A stretch of 64,000 nucleotides of DNA from Marsupella aquatica (taxonomy: Eukaryota; Plantae; Marchantiophyta), in the NCBI GenBank assembly GCA_973895155.1, contig OZ316898.1, forward strand, positions 11,059,187 through 11,123,186. The letters run 5' to 3'. The notes under the pieces are model-generated. The model saw only the letters and a list, made by a program, of their open reading frames with translations. It made no database searches and was not told where the DNA came from. Positions 1-12,800 of this stretch are shown piece by piece. The translations under genes and the position numbers were made by a program. Within the stretch, counting starts at the first letter, position 1. Every line of letters begins with the position of its first letter.

Positions 1-166
1 AAAGCACCCCACGAAATAGATAAGTTTCGCATTCCCTGGGTATGCACAAAAACGACAGCTCATGGATTCCAATGCAAGACAAACAAGGATCAAAGGAGAA
101 ACCCTATCCATTGGACTCCCACTTACTGGACAATTACATCCATTTTCACAGATAGTTATCCTTTAC

Positions 167-1874
167 CTCTTGGAGTGCTATGAGTGCTTCAGCTGTCCAA
201 CGGCTAACTTCGGATGAAAAACTGCTAGCAATCTCCCTCACCTGTGCCACAATTTCAAGAGGTGGCAGGAAGTAAGGGAAACGTTGGAAATTCACATGAT
301 CAGTCAGAATTAGGGGTCTTAAAAACAAGGATCTCCAATCCCAATGTTGGCCCAAGTGAATGCAAGTCCACTCCGCTTAGATCACATGTTCTTTAGGGTA
401 GGCACTGACTTCAGATTTCAAATTAGGCAAGCAATACTTGGTTCCATGGTCACGTACTCGACAAAATTGTCACTCTCGTTCAAAGAGCTGTGAACGGTAA
501 GAAAGAAAATGCAACAATATGCAACAAAATCCCCTCGTAGGATGACAGGGCCTGTTGGCGGAAGACATCAAAGGCAATGCAAGGGATGCAGAGAATTATA
601 AGTTGAGAAATAGGAAAGGTCCCTGCAATGCAAACTGTAAGAAATGAGAATTGAGAATTGAGAATTGAGATTGAAGGTGACTCTATCCTGAAGTGCCATC
701 ACGTGGTGCACTCTTTCTTGCACAGTGGTGAAAGTTATTCTAGCGAGAGATATTTGGAGAACAGGGCACATGACTTACGAATTCAATACGGGCGTAACCC
801 CGCATGGGGATCGGCTCCTGCTCAAATAGGGGCAGTGGACCACGAAACAAACTGCATAGACAAGCGCCCATTATGGTGAATGGAAGACCGGGAGACATCC
901 CCTTCGGAGATGGGGGAGCCTTCACGGATAGGAAAAATCCCCATCTGTAAATGGAGTGGACAAGTGCACTGACAGAGCACAACGAGAACTCACCACGCGG
1001 GCAAAGGGAAGAGGTCGGAGAAGAAGCTCGAAAGTTTTCTGGTAATGACGAATCTCGCGGAGAGCTACCGTGCCTGGCTTAAACCTATGCCGTCTCGGTG
1101 CTCGTTGTTGTTGAGTTGACGTCCCCGCTGCAGTCATTGTTCCTCTAACACTGGTCAGCTGCGAAGTAAAAAGACGTGAAGATGCAGAAAGAAATAATCG
1201 CAATACAGAAATCCCCCTCAGGGCAATCCAGCAAACAAACAAGACATCCATTGCCACTCTCCCCAGCAGACATCGCGCTAGACAGCCACAAGCAGCAGCA
1301 AGACCATCCACAATGCATTGTCGCTTTCTTTCCCTGAGAAATCATAAGCACAGACTACAGACGTATCTCAAGAAATCTGTCCAACTCCGCAGAAGCACGA
1401 CGGCAAAAGGAGCAACCACATTGAGAATATCCATCGACCTGATTAAAATCACTCATTCCTCTCATGAATCATCTTCCTCTGATTCTGATTCTTCTTCTTT
1501 GGGTTTATCTTTACTTTCGTTGAAATCCTCTCTTGAATGTTGTGACAAAACCAGACCAGCAACGGGAACGAGGGGGTGGCATTGCACGATATTCGACCAC
1601 AACGACTACGGTCGAACCAAGACAAGACCATCGACCATAGGAAAGAGCGGAAAGAGCGGAGCTGTCTCAAAACAATTTGAACAAAAACAAGAATTACAAG
1701 ATGATAAACCGAATACTCCAAAATATGATGCTGCGCACCTCCACCGGCGCCTCCTCGTCCTCCTCGCCCTTTGCCTCGACCTCCTTCTCCTCCTCCTCCC
1801 GCTGAAGTCGAAGCCCCCTGCGCATTGCCTCCTCGACCTCCTCCCCTGTTGGGAGTGACCTTCCGCCTCGCCAT
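167..1874 (-). CDS. CENH3: Centromeric histone H3 variant (CENH3/CENP-A); 3' exons lie beyond the window start
   Basis: Predicted GT-AG exons 1874-1739, 1127-994 and 241-167 join in frame. They give an MARRK start, a Gly/Arg-rich tail, then [58 protein letters not shown]. This is an H3 fold with CENH3 hallmarks: no canonical H3 tail, PFAR in place of PFQR, a longer loop 1, and RW in place of RF. Confidence 0.92.
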
Positions 1875-2771
1875 AACAAACGACGAAGCAACCGACGAGT
1901 GCACCACAAAAGCCTAAAATAAAACTCCGGCTGTTGTAATAATTTACCGCTGCTGCTGCTGCTTCCAACAACGACGCAACCACTGTGCTTCTCATAATAA
2001 CGCTAAGGTAATAGAGTGAGAGCGCACAACAACACTAACGTGGGCGTGAACCGAAGGGGTGAAGGTTGACGATGATACACACCTTTCCTCAAGAGAAAGG
2101 TGGAATTCCCCCTCGACCAGCCTCAGATGTCACACGTTGCAGCTTCCTGCTCGCAGATTGCTGCTGCAGAAGGAACCTCTTGGAGGTGATACGGGCAGAG
2201 TGACGAGCGACAACATGGCCCACATTGCTGGAGCGGCTCACATCGGACTGCATTGCATAATTGGATTCTTCTTTCCTGTCGGAGTGTCGGCCCTCCTCTG
2301 CTTTCACTGGGCGGAATGGGATGAAGTAGACTGCATTGGACTCGACTGTAGTGGAGTGGAGTGGAGGCATTCGCGAATCTTGGTTTTGTATTAAGGAGCT
2401 GCCTTCGAGCAATCCTGCCTTCTATCGCTCTCTGCCTCTTCCTTCACATTGCTCGATCCTTCCCTCCCTCTCTCCCTCTCTCCTTCCCTCCCTCCCGCGT
2501 TGCTCAGTGCACACTTGGCTCAGTGAGAAGTGAGACTGAACCATTCCGCTCGTTTTTGGCGCGTAATAATCGAAGGCTTGGGAGCTCGAAAGGAAAGGAA
2601 AGGAAAGGAAAGGAGGGGTTTCATGGGCAGAGTGAGTGGGTACCAATACTCCCACTCCCAACCCGCTACCGTGGCTGCGGGCACGGTTCCATGGGCTGGG
2701 AGTGAGGAGTACAGACGTGTATAAGAATGTTTGAGCCAATAAGATTTTAGCTTTTATAGGGACTGGGGATG

Positions 2772-2860
2772 TACAAGGTTTGTAGTAGGGAGTATGATTG
2801 TCCCTCATATTCCCTACAAGGTTTGTAGTAGGGAGTATGATTGTCCCTCATATTCCCTAC
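2772..2860. repeat. 43-bp tandem duplication
   Basis: TACAAGGTTTGTAGTAGGGAGTATGATTGTCCCTCATATTCCC occurs twice in tandem (2772-2814, 2815-2857). Confidence 0.9.
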
Positions 2861-3874
2861 TTAGCTATGGTGGAGTCCATGCTGATGCCTTGCATTACAG
2901 AGACAGTCTTCATTTGCCACATGCTCTCAGTCAAAGCATATCCATAGGAGCCCTCGGGGAACCCAACGTGAGTTTTTGTGAGTCAATAGTTTCCAGGGTA
3001 GTTGTTACTGCTGTTACTCATTTCTGAGCTTCACTCACTACAAATGTACGAGTTTCACCTCTACATTTCCGTATTTCTATTCCTCTCTGTTCGGAGCAAG
3101 CCATGGCCTGCTGAGATTGATGCTTCATTGACAATCATGAGTTTACCTGTGATGGCGGACATTGTATTAGAGGTTCACATCGCCCTGGTTTGATTTTCTG
3201 GGCTAGCTTCCGATAGCTCGGACAGGTAGTAAACAGTCCAGATCAAAATTAAAGCTTGAGAACAACATCCATGATGCCCCTTGAGTCCGCTCCTCGAAAG
3301 GAAGCATACTTATATGTCCCCATTAATTTGACAAAGACAGGATCGAATCAATTGTTTGGTGGCCAACCTGGATCAATCTCGAAATTCGGAAGAACGGTGA
3401 GATTAGTCCAAACCTGACATCAGATATTGATGTGGGTGGGACTCTCACCTCTGGGAAAACTTTTGTTTTGGGGGATACATTCTTGTGACGGTTGTTGCAA
3501 ATATCGCCAGGATACATCGGTCAATTTACAAGGTCAGGTGTGACAAAATTGCTGCATGACGCATGTTACTAAACATCAGGTTGCCCAATCTTCGTGGCCT
3601 CGATTCGAAGCCACTCATGGACATAATTGGTGACTTGCTACTTCGACCTACTTGTGGTATTGTACAAGGGAACCCCAGAGTTCGCAGAGTGTCCCATCTA
3701 GCTGCTTACTGTACACTCAATCTTCATCCTACGTCATCTCCCCAAGCTAACAGGAGGAACTAGACAAGGACCGAGTTCAGCTTTCCACAGAATTTACTCG
3801 TTCCCAACACCATAGCATCGCCCGGTTGCCCTACGTGGCACTTTGAACGGTGTGAACTTCGGGAAGCACGTAAT

Positions 3875-6800
3875 CTACTGCTCTTTGAGTGCTGTCCAGT
3901 ACGGTATGAAGTCTGGTCTCAAACGAACGGCCCTTTGTAGCCAGGATCGAGCACTCCATGAAATTTCAGTAGTACCTGCAATACCGAGTAAGGTCCCTTG
4001 GGCTTTCTTTGCAAGCACTCCCATTTGAAAATATAGCTCCGCGGGTCTACAATCTGCATGAATTCAACCTTAAGAGTCATTACCAATTGCAGAAGTCCAT
4101 CACAACGAAAGCTTCATCTGACTGATGCAAGAATCACTCAATTCTAGAGAAAGATCCAAAAGCTTAATGCCTTGATGTGAAGCAGGCTGATTTGAAATAC
4201 CTGATGGCCACGCCAACCATTCGGTCCAAAGTTTTCTTTCCCATTTGGAAACGTCCCCACTTCTAGAACTTCCCTTGACAGACTGTGCTTGGCACAGCAA
4301 CACACTTGTCAGAGGTATGGCACCATTACCTGACCCACTCATTGCCTTTGACAGGCTTTTAACAGCAGTGCCTAACAGTTCAGTATTGGATCCCGTCAAG
4401 AATAGTTCCAGGCACAAAGCACCTGCAAAATGACACCAGCTCAGTCAGTAACTTTATTGACTTGGCAAAACCGAAGGACTGACTGTTATGATTCTGAATG
4501 TATAAACTCGAAAGAAAATAGCAGGTACAATAAACCTTACCGTGCAAAAGATGAAAAACAGGGCTCTCCGGCGACAAAGCCGAAGCTTCTGCTCCAGCTT
4601 TCTGCGCTGCCCAAAGGTCACCAGCTTTTATGGAGCCATTTGCACACGCAAGGTGCAGCCGGGCCATGTAGTTCGTCTGCTCGTCAAGTCCTCCGCTTAA
4701 TATGGCCGCTTTACAGAGTTCAAATGACGAATTGCTCTGTGGTACCTCGCAATGTTTTTCCATTTCTACCAAATTCAACCAGCCCTGAATATTTTCAGAC
4801 GTAAGAAGTCTTCGAACCTCGCTGAGCTCCACTTGTGAAGACTTATAATCTAGCAGGGCAGAGTAACACCTAGCAAGCTGGAGCACCGCAAACGCGGCCT
4901 CATCAGGAGAAAGCTGGAGATTAATAGCGGCTTTGGCCATCCGTATTGCATCTGTATTGTCACCAATATGCAACGCGCATTCAGAGATGGTAACCATTAG
5001 CAACAGTCGCATATTGCCTTGAAAGCTCAAATCCTGCTCAGCACTTGTCGACACCACTGATAGTGCAGTGGTTGCCATTCGTCGAAGTGCTCGACAAATG
5101 TTCACTGGGTAATCTTGTGCCCTTGCTTTCTGCAAGAAACTGAGTACTAAATGTATATGTGCCTTCAGGTTCCATGGCTCTGTATGTACCCAACTGTAGA
5201 AACATATGCCAACAATTTCAATCATCGTCAGCAAAATCAGGGCCGAAACGAATCTTTTGTACCTGAGGACACAGTCACACATGAGACAACGGAGAGTAGT
5301 CAGAATTGAAATTCCTCTCATAAATATAAAGGTGAAAATATACCTCTGCAGATAGCGCAATAAAGAATTGTTATGTGGAAAGCTTCCGTGGCAAGTGGAA
5401 AATTTGCAAGACTCAATGTTTCCACAAAGTGCGCAAGCATAGCCAAGTGCAGCCAAAATACTGCCAAGGGATCCATAATGTAGATTATGCTGCATGACAC
5501 TTGGAGATATTCCGCAACATTGGGCTACCAGATTAGCCTTGTCACCAGGATTGCTCTCAAGGAGCAACTCTCCGAGCCTTGCCCTGTAATCAATTAAAAC
5601 CGATGAGGAACACTTCTCCAGAGGGAGACCTGTTTAAGTCAGCTCATAATATAAAGAGCAGGCTGACAGAAAATCAAGCAGATCAGCTATAGAATCAAAC
5701 AGTGTACCGTAATGAAACGCTCTGAGGGTAGATATGTAAAGCTTTCTGTAATTGCCGTATTGCACCTTTACAGTCTTTCTGTCCTGGAACAAGCTGCAAC
5801 ACGTTGAGCGACGCATTAAGTATATCACAGCAGCACTATCATAACCAATGACCGCACCAACAAAAGGAGATGATGTTAAAGAAGGAAAGGTGCACAACAA
5901 GACACCACCCATGATAGTTAACGCGCAATTGCTGAAAAGTTTGACAACTTAGATGCTTGACGAGCAATCAGTGCTGGTGAAAGAAACTTTTGGAACATGA
6001 CATTTAGGAAACAAACTCAAGTGGGATGAATTTCAGCAGACCTGTTTTGAAGTAGCGACTAGTAGATGGGCTTTTATCAAGATCTCGTGAAAAAACGATG
6101 AAGAATGGCTATGCAGAAGAGTGGCTATAGCACTATCATCCCCACACACAACCGCCACCGCAAGGCTACTCAAGAAGTATTTTGAATCTGATAGAGCTTC
6201 AACAGAACCATTTCGAATCTCCCGCAAAGCATGTGACGGACCAAGCTTGTGGTAGACCATCTTGGCCACCAGAGCCAAGCCACCTACGATATTTCCTAAA
6301 TTCAAGTCAATTTCTGCTGACTTCTTTGCAACAGAGATTGCTTTGTCTGTACTGTCACATTCCCATAATGCCACTGCATATCCTCTAAGACCACTTGCAT
6401 CTTCCTGCAGCAATCCTGTTCACATCGCACACCCACTATATGACTGACCGCCTCCCTTTGCTTTTAGTACAATGCAGTGCTACTTCTCTCTCACGTAAAC
6501 ACCAATACATAAACCTCCAGAATAGTTCCAGTACATAGCCAAAACTGATCTAAAGGTCAACTGAGGACCATCCATATACCCATCTAAACCATCCATATAC
6601 CCATCTAAACCTGGACTGCAATCTGAGTTGAAACATACATAAACCTCTGCAATCAATGATTCATCTATGTCAGAGTGCAGCTACTCTAGTAAATGACAAT
6701 AGCTGTCATCTCCTCATTTGCAACGTAATTTAAGGACACTTCTGCACAAAACGTTCGCCCGCATTATCAGACATTCAAGGAACGATGTGAATTGACCGAA

Positions 6801-9800
6801 GGATGTGGATAATCGAAGGCAAGCTCTGACCTAACTCTGCAAGTCGCTCATATTCATGAACAGCAACTCTTGCTGCCCCAGCCTGAGACACAAATACCAC
6901 AATCAGCCAAAGCTTAGGTTGAAAGCCAGAATCTCCTAAGGAAATTAAATTAGAGTGACGCCATCTCCTCCTTCAAGAAAACCGATTATGTGCATGGCAT
7001 CGAAAACTAAGAACAAAAAGGTACACAAAATGTCAGAGTTGTGTCAACCTTGCAGAGCACTCGGGCAAGATTCAAAGAAATTGCCAAGATTTCTTCTGAC
7101 GATGATGTACGGGTTGCATTGGATGGCAGAGAGAGTGCATAACGTGCTAGAACAAAGGCCTTAATGGAACCTTCAATATCTCCTCGAGACTCACATACAA
7201 GGCCCCTCAAATTGTGCGCTGCAGCTCGATGAGGAGCATGTTGAATTGCTTGCTCAACTGCAGTGTACACCTAACGGAAACAAACAATCTTCAGTATTTT
7301 TCGATCAAATCAAGGGCAATCCAAACAACCTCAGTGTTTCAAGAAACAAGTATCTTAGACTACATCCATGTAAGAAGAAAAACTAACCAATTCTTATTAA
7401 TGACACGAAACACTTACTTCTGCAGCCTGCAATTGGTTCGTGCGAGTAGCTAGTTTTCCCAGCCCAAGTTGAACTTCAACGCTCTGCACAAATGTTAAAC
7501 CCAGAGATTTTAATTGAGACTCAGACAGTAGGATCAGTCTCTAATCAATTATATTAATTTACCCGCTGGTTTAGCGATAACTCCATACTTTCACCTTCAT
7601 GAACGTCCTCTTTCCCACCTTTGCAACAATACCTGTCTCCACAACTTCCTATATTGCCGAACTCTACAACGGGGCACACAAGACAATAAAAGGCCAAGAG
7701 GCACTTACCGGTGAAAGCTGAACCGCATACAAACAACTGGCATAGGCTTCCTGAAGATCTTTCTCGCTGCCAGGTCAATTGTGATCAGAAAGGATTACAA
7801 ATTTGCAGGTTACTATACACTGCATGATCCTCTCTTCTCGTCTTGAACCAAATGCTTACCTTCTATTTGAAGTACAAAACCACTTCGGACAAGCAATGGC
7901 AACAACATCTAGCAAGTGAGCATTCCGTAGAAACTTCGCAAACCTTAGTAACGAAAAAAGCAGATAATTGATCTGACTGATGTAGAAGTGTGCACGGGAT
8001 ACACAATGCCCTCTGGTGAGCCAGCAGGCACAAAGCTGAGCTCATGGTTTGACCAGAGAAGACGAACGATTTCCTAAAGCTCATATCAATTGCTAGCAAC
8101 ACAGCTTTAGTCTAGTAAATCAACCTCGAGGTACGCACCAAAGATATGGTTGACTTCATGCTGCAGGACGGCGGCTAGAACAAACCACGGGAATGTATGC
8201 TCAATGGTGCCAGTCTTGGGAATTTAGATACTCAAGCTTGAGAAGCCAGACAATACCTTTCTATGAAGCTGTGAATAAATGCCATGCCTGCCCATGGAAT
8301 TGAGAGTGCTGGATTTGCACTCCTTGCGCGATCAAAAGCATCTCTTGCCATGTCTTCTTGACCCTCTTCAATATACAGCTGTCACAACAGAGAGATCCAT
8401 GAATTATTAAATAAAATTCAAAGAGAGGATCAAAACACAATGAACATCAATCTCAAGAGGAATGCGTCAAATACATGAGGAGCACCGTGTTAGGTAAGGT
8501 AACGTGGGCACGATCAACAGAGACGAGCCTTATGAGCCATTTCCAAGGCTTATCGCTTCCATCCGTTTACAGTACTTGTCTTGAAGGCTTACCTGACCAA
8601 GGCCACCCCAGGCCAGAGCATGAGTTCCGTCAATCCGCAAAGCTTGGATGAAGGAGTGCTGTCGTAAACCTTTGTGCTGGGTCACCATACCCAATGTCAC
8701 CCAACGATCTGGTTTATCTCCATCTAAGCGCAACCCTCCACAAACAGCAGTCATAGCCCGCGACCTACAGTAATAGATTCACAAGTCATCCGAAGGAGAG
8801 TCAGTCTTTACTTATCCGTCTAAAAGAAGGGGTTTCAGAACAGTAAAACTACGTGTTGAAAATTTTCAGTCAATAAACTGACCACGATGATTTTGTGTCA
8901 GTCTTGTTGAGCTCAATTGACGATATGAGGTCAAACGCAAGACCTAGATCCGAATGAAGACTTCCTTGTGAGGGACACAAGTGCAGAGCACGCTGATAAA
9001 ACCGGGTTGCTTGATTCAAAGAACGGAGCCGGGTTTGGTGCCACAATTCAATAGTTACACGCAAACGATTTAATGAGTTGTCTTCAGGGGTAATGCTTGA
9101 AAGGTTGACTGCATCCGTAATCTCACAAGGTAACGCTTGTGAATATGTCACCTGTTGTACAAACCAAAAACAAACTTAATTCTATATGCTGGATAACGTA
9201 TAGGTTACAAATGAAGACAGTATCACCACAATGTCTAACTTTGAAAAGATACCTCTCCCGCCAACAAGTTGGAAACATGTTGTAAATGTTGTCTTACAAA
9301 TATTCTATCACTTCAATAGTGGAGTCAATTAAGCAAAAAAAGCCACGTTATCAGCGTGCAATGCATCATTTACATATCTAAACCATCCTTTTCTTGATGC
9401 TACATAATTAATCGCAGGGACCCTACTGACTACTCCTCCACGAGTTACAACTTCTTCTTCAGGCTACTCCATTCAACTCTAGGATAGTGATTCGATGACG
9501 TGAAAACTTCAATTACATATAACGTGGACGCGAGTGTACCCAAGTGATCGGAAGGTTGTCAACTTCCAAGTCTGAGAAGTAATTCTTGTTCTAACCTGGA
9601 ACGAGAAATTCATACATCTGCCAACATCCTAGGGGAGCGTTCCTGGGGTGACAGAAGTTACCTCTAAATCCCCGAGCAGCTTCCAAAAAGCTCCAACGTT
9701 ACTACAACTTGTCACGGACCCCGATAAGTACTCAACCGCGTCCTACACAGTCAACCAGATAATCATTTAAAGAAGACAAAAAATGGGTAAAACAAGGGTT

Positions 9801-12800
9801 CTACTGCAAGCTCTTTTGAACAATAGCAAAGTGAGGAGAATAATCAAAGCTTACTTTGAGGTACATGTCTGAAGCAAATTACCATACCTTTGCAAGACTG
9901 GCACTCCAAGAGAAAGCCCCCATCACCATACACTCACGAGCACGCCCTAACATTGCTGCTGCAAGCCCACAAAGAGCCCCTATATGTTGAGGTACTTTCT
10001 CAAGTGCCTCTCGAAACATATCAATAGCCTGTCATGGAATCCCACATCTGCCTTAATCGCAATTCAAAAGGCAAGTGTCTAAAAGCGCAGGTACCACACC
10101 TCCAAAACCATCGACAGTCAAGAAGCTAACGGTATACGAACCACTGATTGTAGCAAATTGAGTTTCAAATAAGCAAACAATATTGTCATGAGACCAAACC
10201 GGCTACCATATCCTAAAACATCAAGAGCAAGTTATTTTTCATTGAGCAGATGCCATCACAAACAAAACCTCTCTGCGTAAGAGAGTTGGATGACCCCGAC
10301 AATTTGATATTGGCGTTGGTATTGACAAAACTCTACCGGAAGAGATAGGAAATCAAATAACTGAAGTGGAGGTTCATGATCACGGACCCCATTGCTGATT
10401 AAGTAAAGAAAAATAATATACCAACCTTAGGATAAGAGGCCAGCAGGAGTAAAATATTTCCACTTTGCAGTAGGGAAAATACCGGTGAATGGCTTCCAAG
10501 GGTAGTCACACGACCATAAGCCTGCATTAAGCGTGTTAAGGGATGCCATACATATTTGCTTTTAAAAAAGTAGATAACACTAACCACCCCAGGGATAATA
10601 ATTCGGTAAAGGACCTGCAATTCTTTGGATACAGTCCTCAAACTTAAAAGAAACAAAATCATCACGTAACACATTTCCGTTCACCATGAATTATGAGTAC
10701 ATGAATCATCGGCTAGACTGTAAAAAGCAAACAATGTTACCTTCAAAGCAGCGGTAAGCATTCCAAGGTGTTGATAAGCTAAGCCAAGCGCCTGCAGTTT
10801 CATCACAGAGACCAGACAACAGACTATGGCATCAACCGTATACTAGTTCTCCAAAGCCAATTTCCGTGACACCATAACAATTGACGCAACCAGGCATCAT
10901 TGGACACAACCAAATTCTAATAATCCGTACTGTACATCCCTAGTGAGAGTTATGAAACACAAACGCATCAAATTTCGGTCTTGTCATCACTTCACCTTGA
11001 TTGTCAAATCTGTTTGAACACATGACCATGGTTTTTAGAAACAATTAAGTGAGGCACGACGGATAACTGCTGGACATGCTTGGCAAAAACTTGAGAGACC
11101 ATTAATTACCTCCCATAAGTTAGAATCAGTGACATAGCCTCGAAGAGCATGTTGCAAGTTGGGAACTGATTCTGTCCATTCCTTTCGATGTACCTGTCAT
11201 TTGTTGTTTTTCATTTTAATGTAAGAATCCAGTTATCTTAGACATTCGACCGTCTTACAAATCAGGATTTCCAGTGACTAATTTGACTTCCGGGCAAGTA
11301 AAAAAGAGATGTCTTCATAGACTCCATGCCCAAGACAGACATGCATATTTGACACAGTTGGTTTGGAACAACATCCGATGCAATCTGTATCAAGTTAAAC
11401 AGAAAACCTTGCTCGTGAGTCCAAATTAGCGACCATCAAAAGCACAAACACAAACATAGGGCTTTTACCTGCAGCAATCCGAGGCGCCGCCAAGCCCAGA
11501 ATGCACGACGGGACCGTTCCGAAGCTCCTCGACAGATGTCTAACTCTAGAACCTCTTGCCCTCCACTATCGAGCAGGTCACATAAGGCCTCCTGCATCAT
11601 TCAATGGTATCCATTGGAAGCTTGGACTGAGCCTTCCCCAAACAAATGACAATACGTGGACTTTAAAATCTAAGAGGCTCAAATTAGAGTCTGAATTCTG
11701 AACATGCAAGGCAATAATTAGCTCTCTAGTCCATATTGCTTACCCCTGCCTCTTCATCTTCGGGGTCCAAAGAGATAGATTTCTGATAGCACCGCACTGC
11801 TCTCTGCATATCTACGGCTGTGTCCTTGTAATAGTGCCCCAAATAACGGAACACATCTGATTGACTGGGATCTAATTTCACGGCTTCAAGAAACTGTGAA
11901 AAGGCTTTCTCCCTCGTACTATCAGCATTCGCATCTCCTTTCCAATATACAAGGCCCTGCAGTTGTGCAAAAGTAGATATGAGTGCTCTGACTGGAAATC
12001 ATAATGCAAGAAATATCCCCGAAATAAGACGTCCGATCAGTCAGGGACTATGAGATTTCAATGGGTGGAAAAATACCAGTCGGCGATGGTAGCTTGCATC
12101 CGTAGGCTGGAGTGTAACTGCTTGCTCTAGGTACTCAATAGCATCTTGCTGGATACCGTTCTGAAAAGCAAGCCAGCCTTGCTCTGCCAGTGCCCAATGG
12201 CTCTGGGCATTGAATGACAGCACCGTATTCAGCCTTGCACGTGATACCTCGACATTCCCCTGAGCCAGTCCCACCTTGGCCAATCCCTAGTGATGAAAAA
12301 GGCAGGTGAGTAAAGAATGCTCTCAAGTAAACCTTTACTATGCCACAATGTTATTTATCACCTTCCTCGACTGTCCTACAACCCCCGCGTTGTCTGTTGA
12401 TGTAAGATATTAAAAGACTTTCGTTACAAACATTTGGGCTGATTGCAGTACCTCACTTGCTGCAGCAAGCAGAAACGTTCCTTCTCCGCCTTCTAACACT
12501 TTCGCCCCCTGCAAACAATTAGTAAAACCTTAGTCTGGATATAGTAAGGTATCGTAAAGACTGCGAAATACTAGAAGGTGCAAAGTGAGTGCTACCACAA
12601 GAACACACTCTGCACAATACCTCTGCCACGTTCTGGAAGATAGCATCTGCTTCGGTAAAATTCTGAGAAGCTAGATGCGTTTGACCCAAAGTTAATAGAA
12701 GTCGAAGTTCGGAAACCCGTAGACTTAATCCATACATAGCACGCGACTTTCTTACTGCTTGCAGACCACGCCTCACACATTCCACAGCACTGCTGTAGGA

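Noticed and set aside
1313-1858. 181-aa plus-strand ORF overlapping CENH3
   Set aside because: It is an antisense shadow of GC-rich exon 1 and a low-complexity intron, with no recognisable domain.
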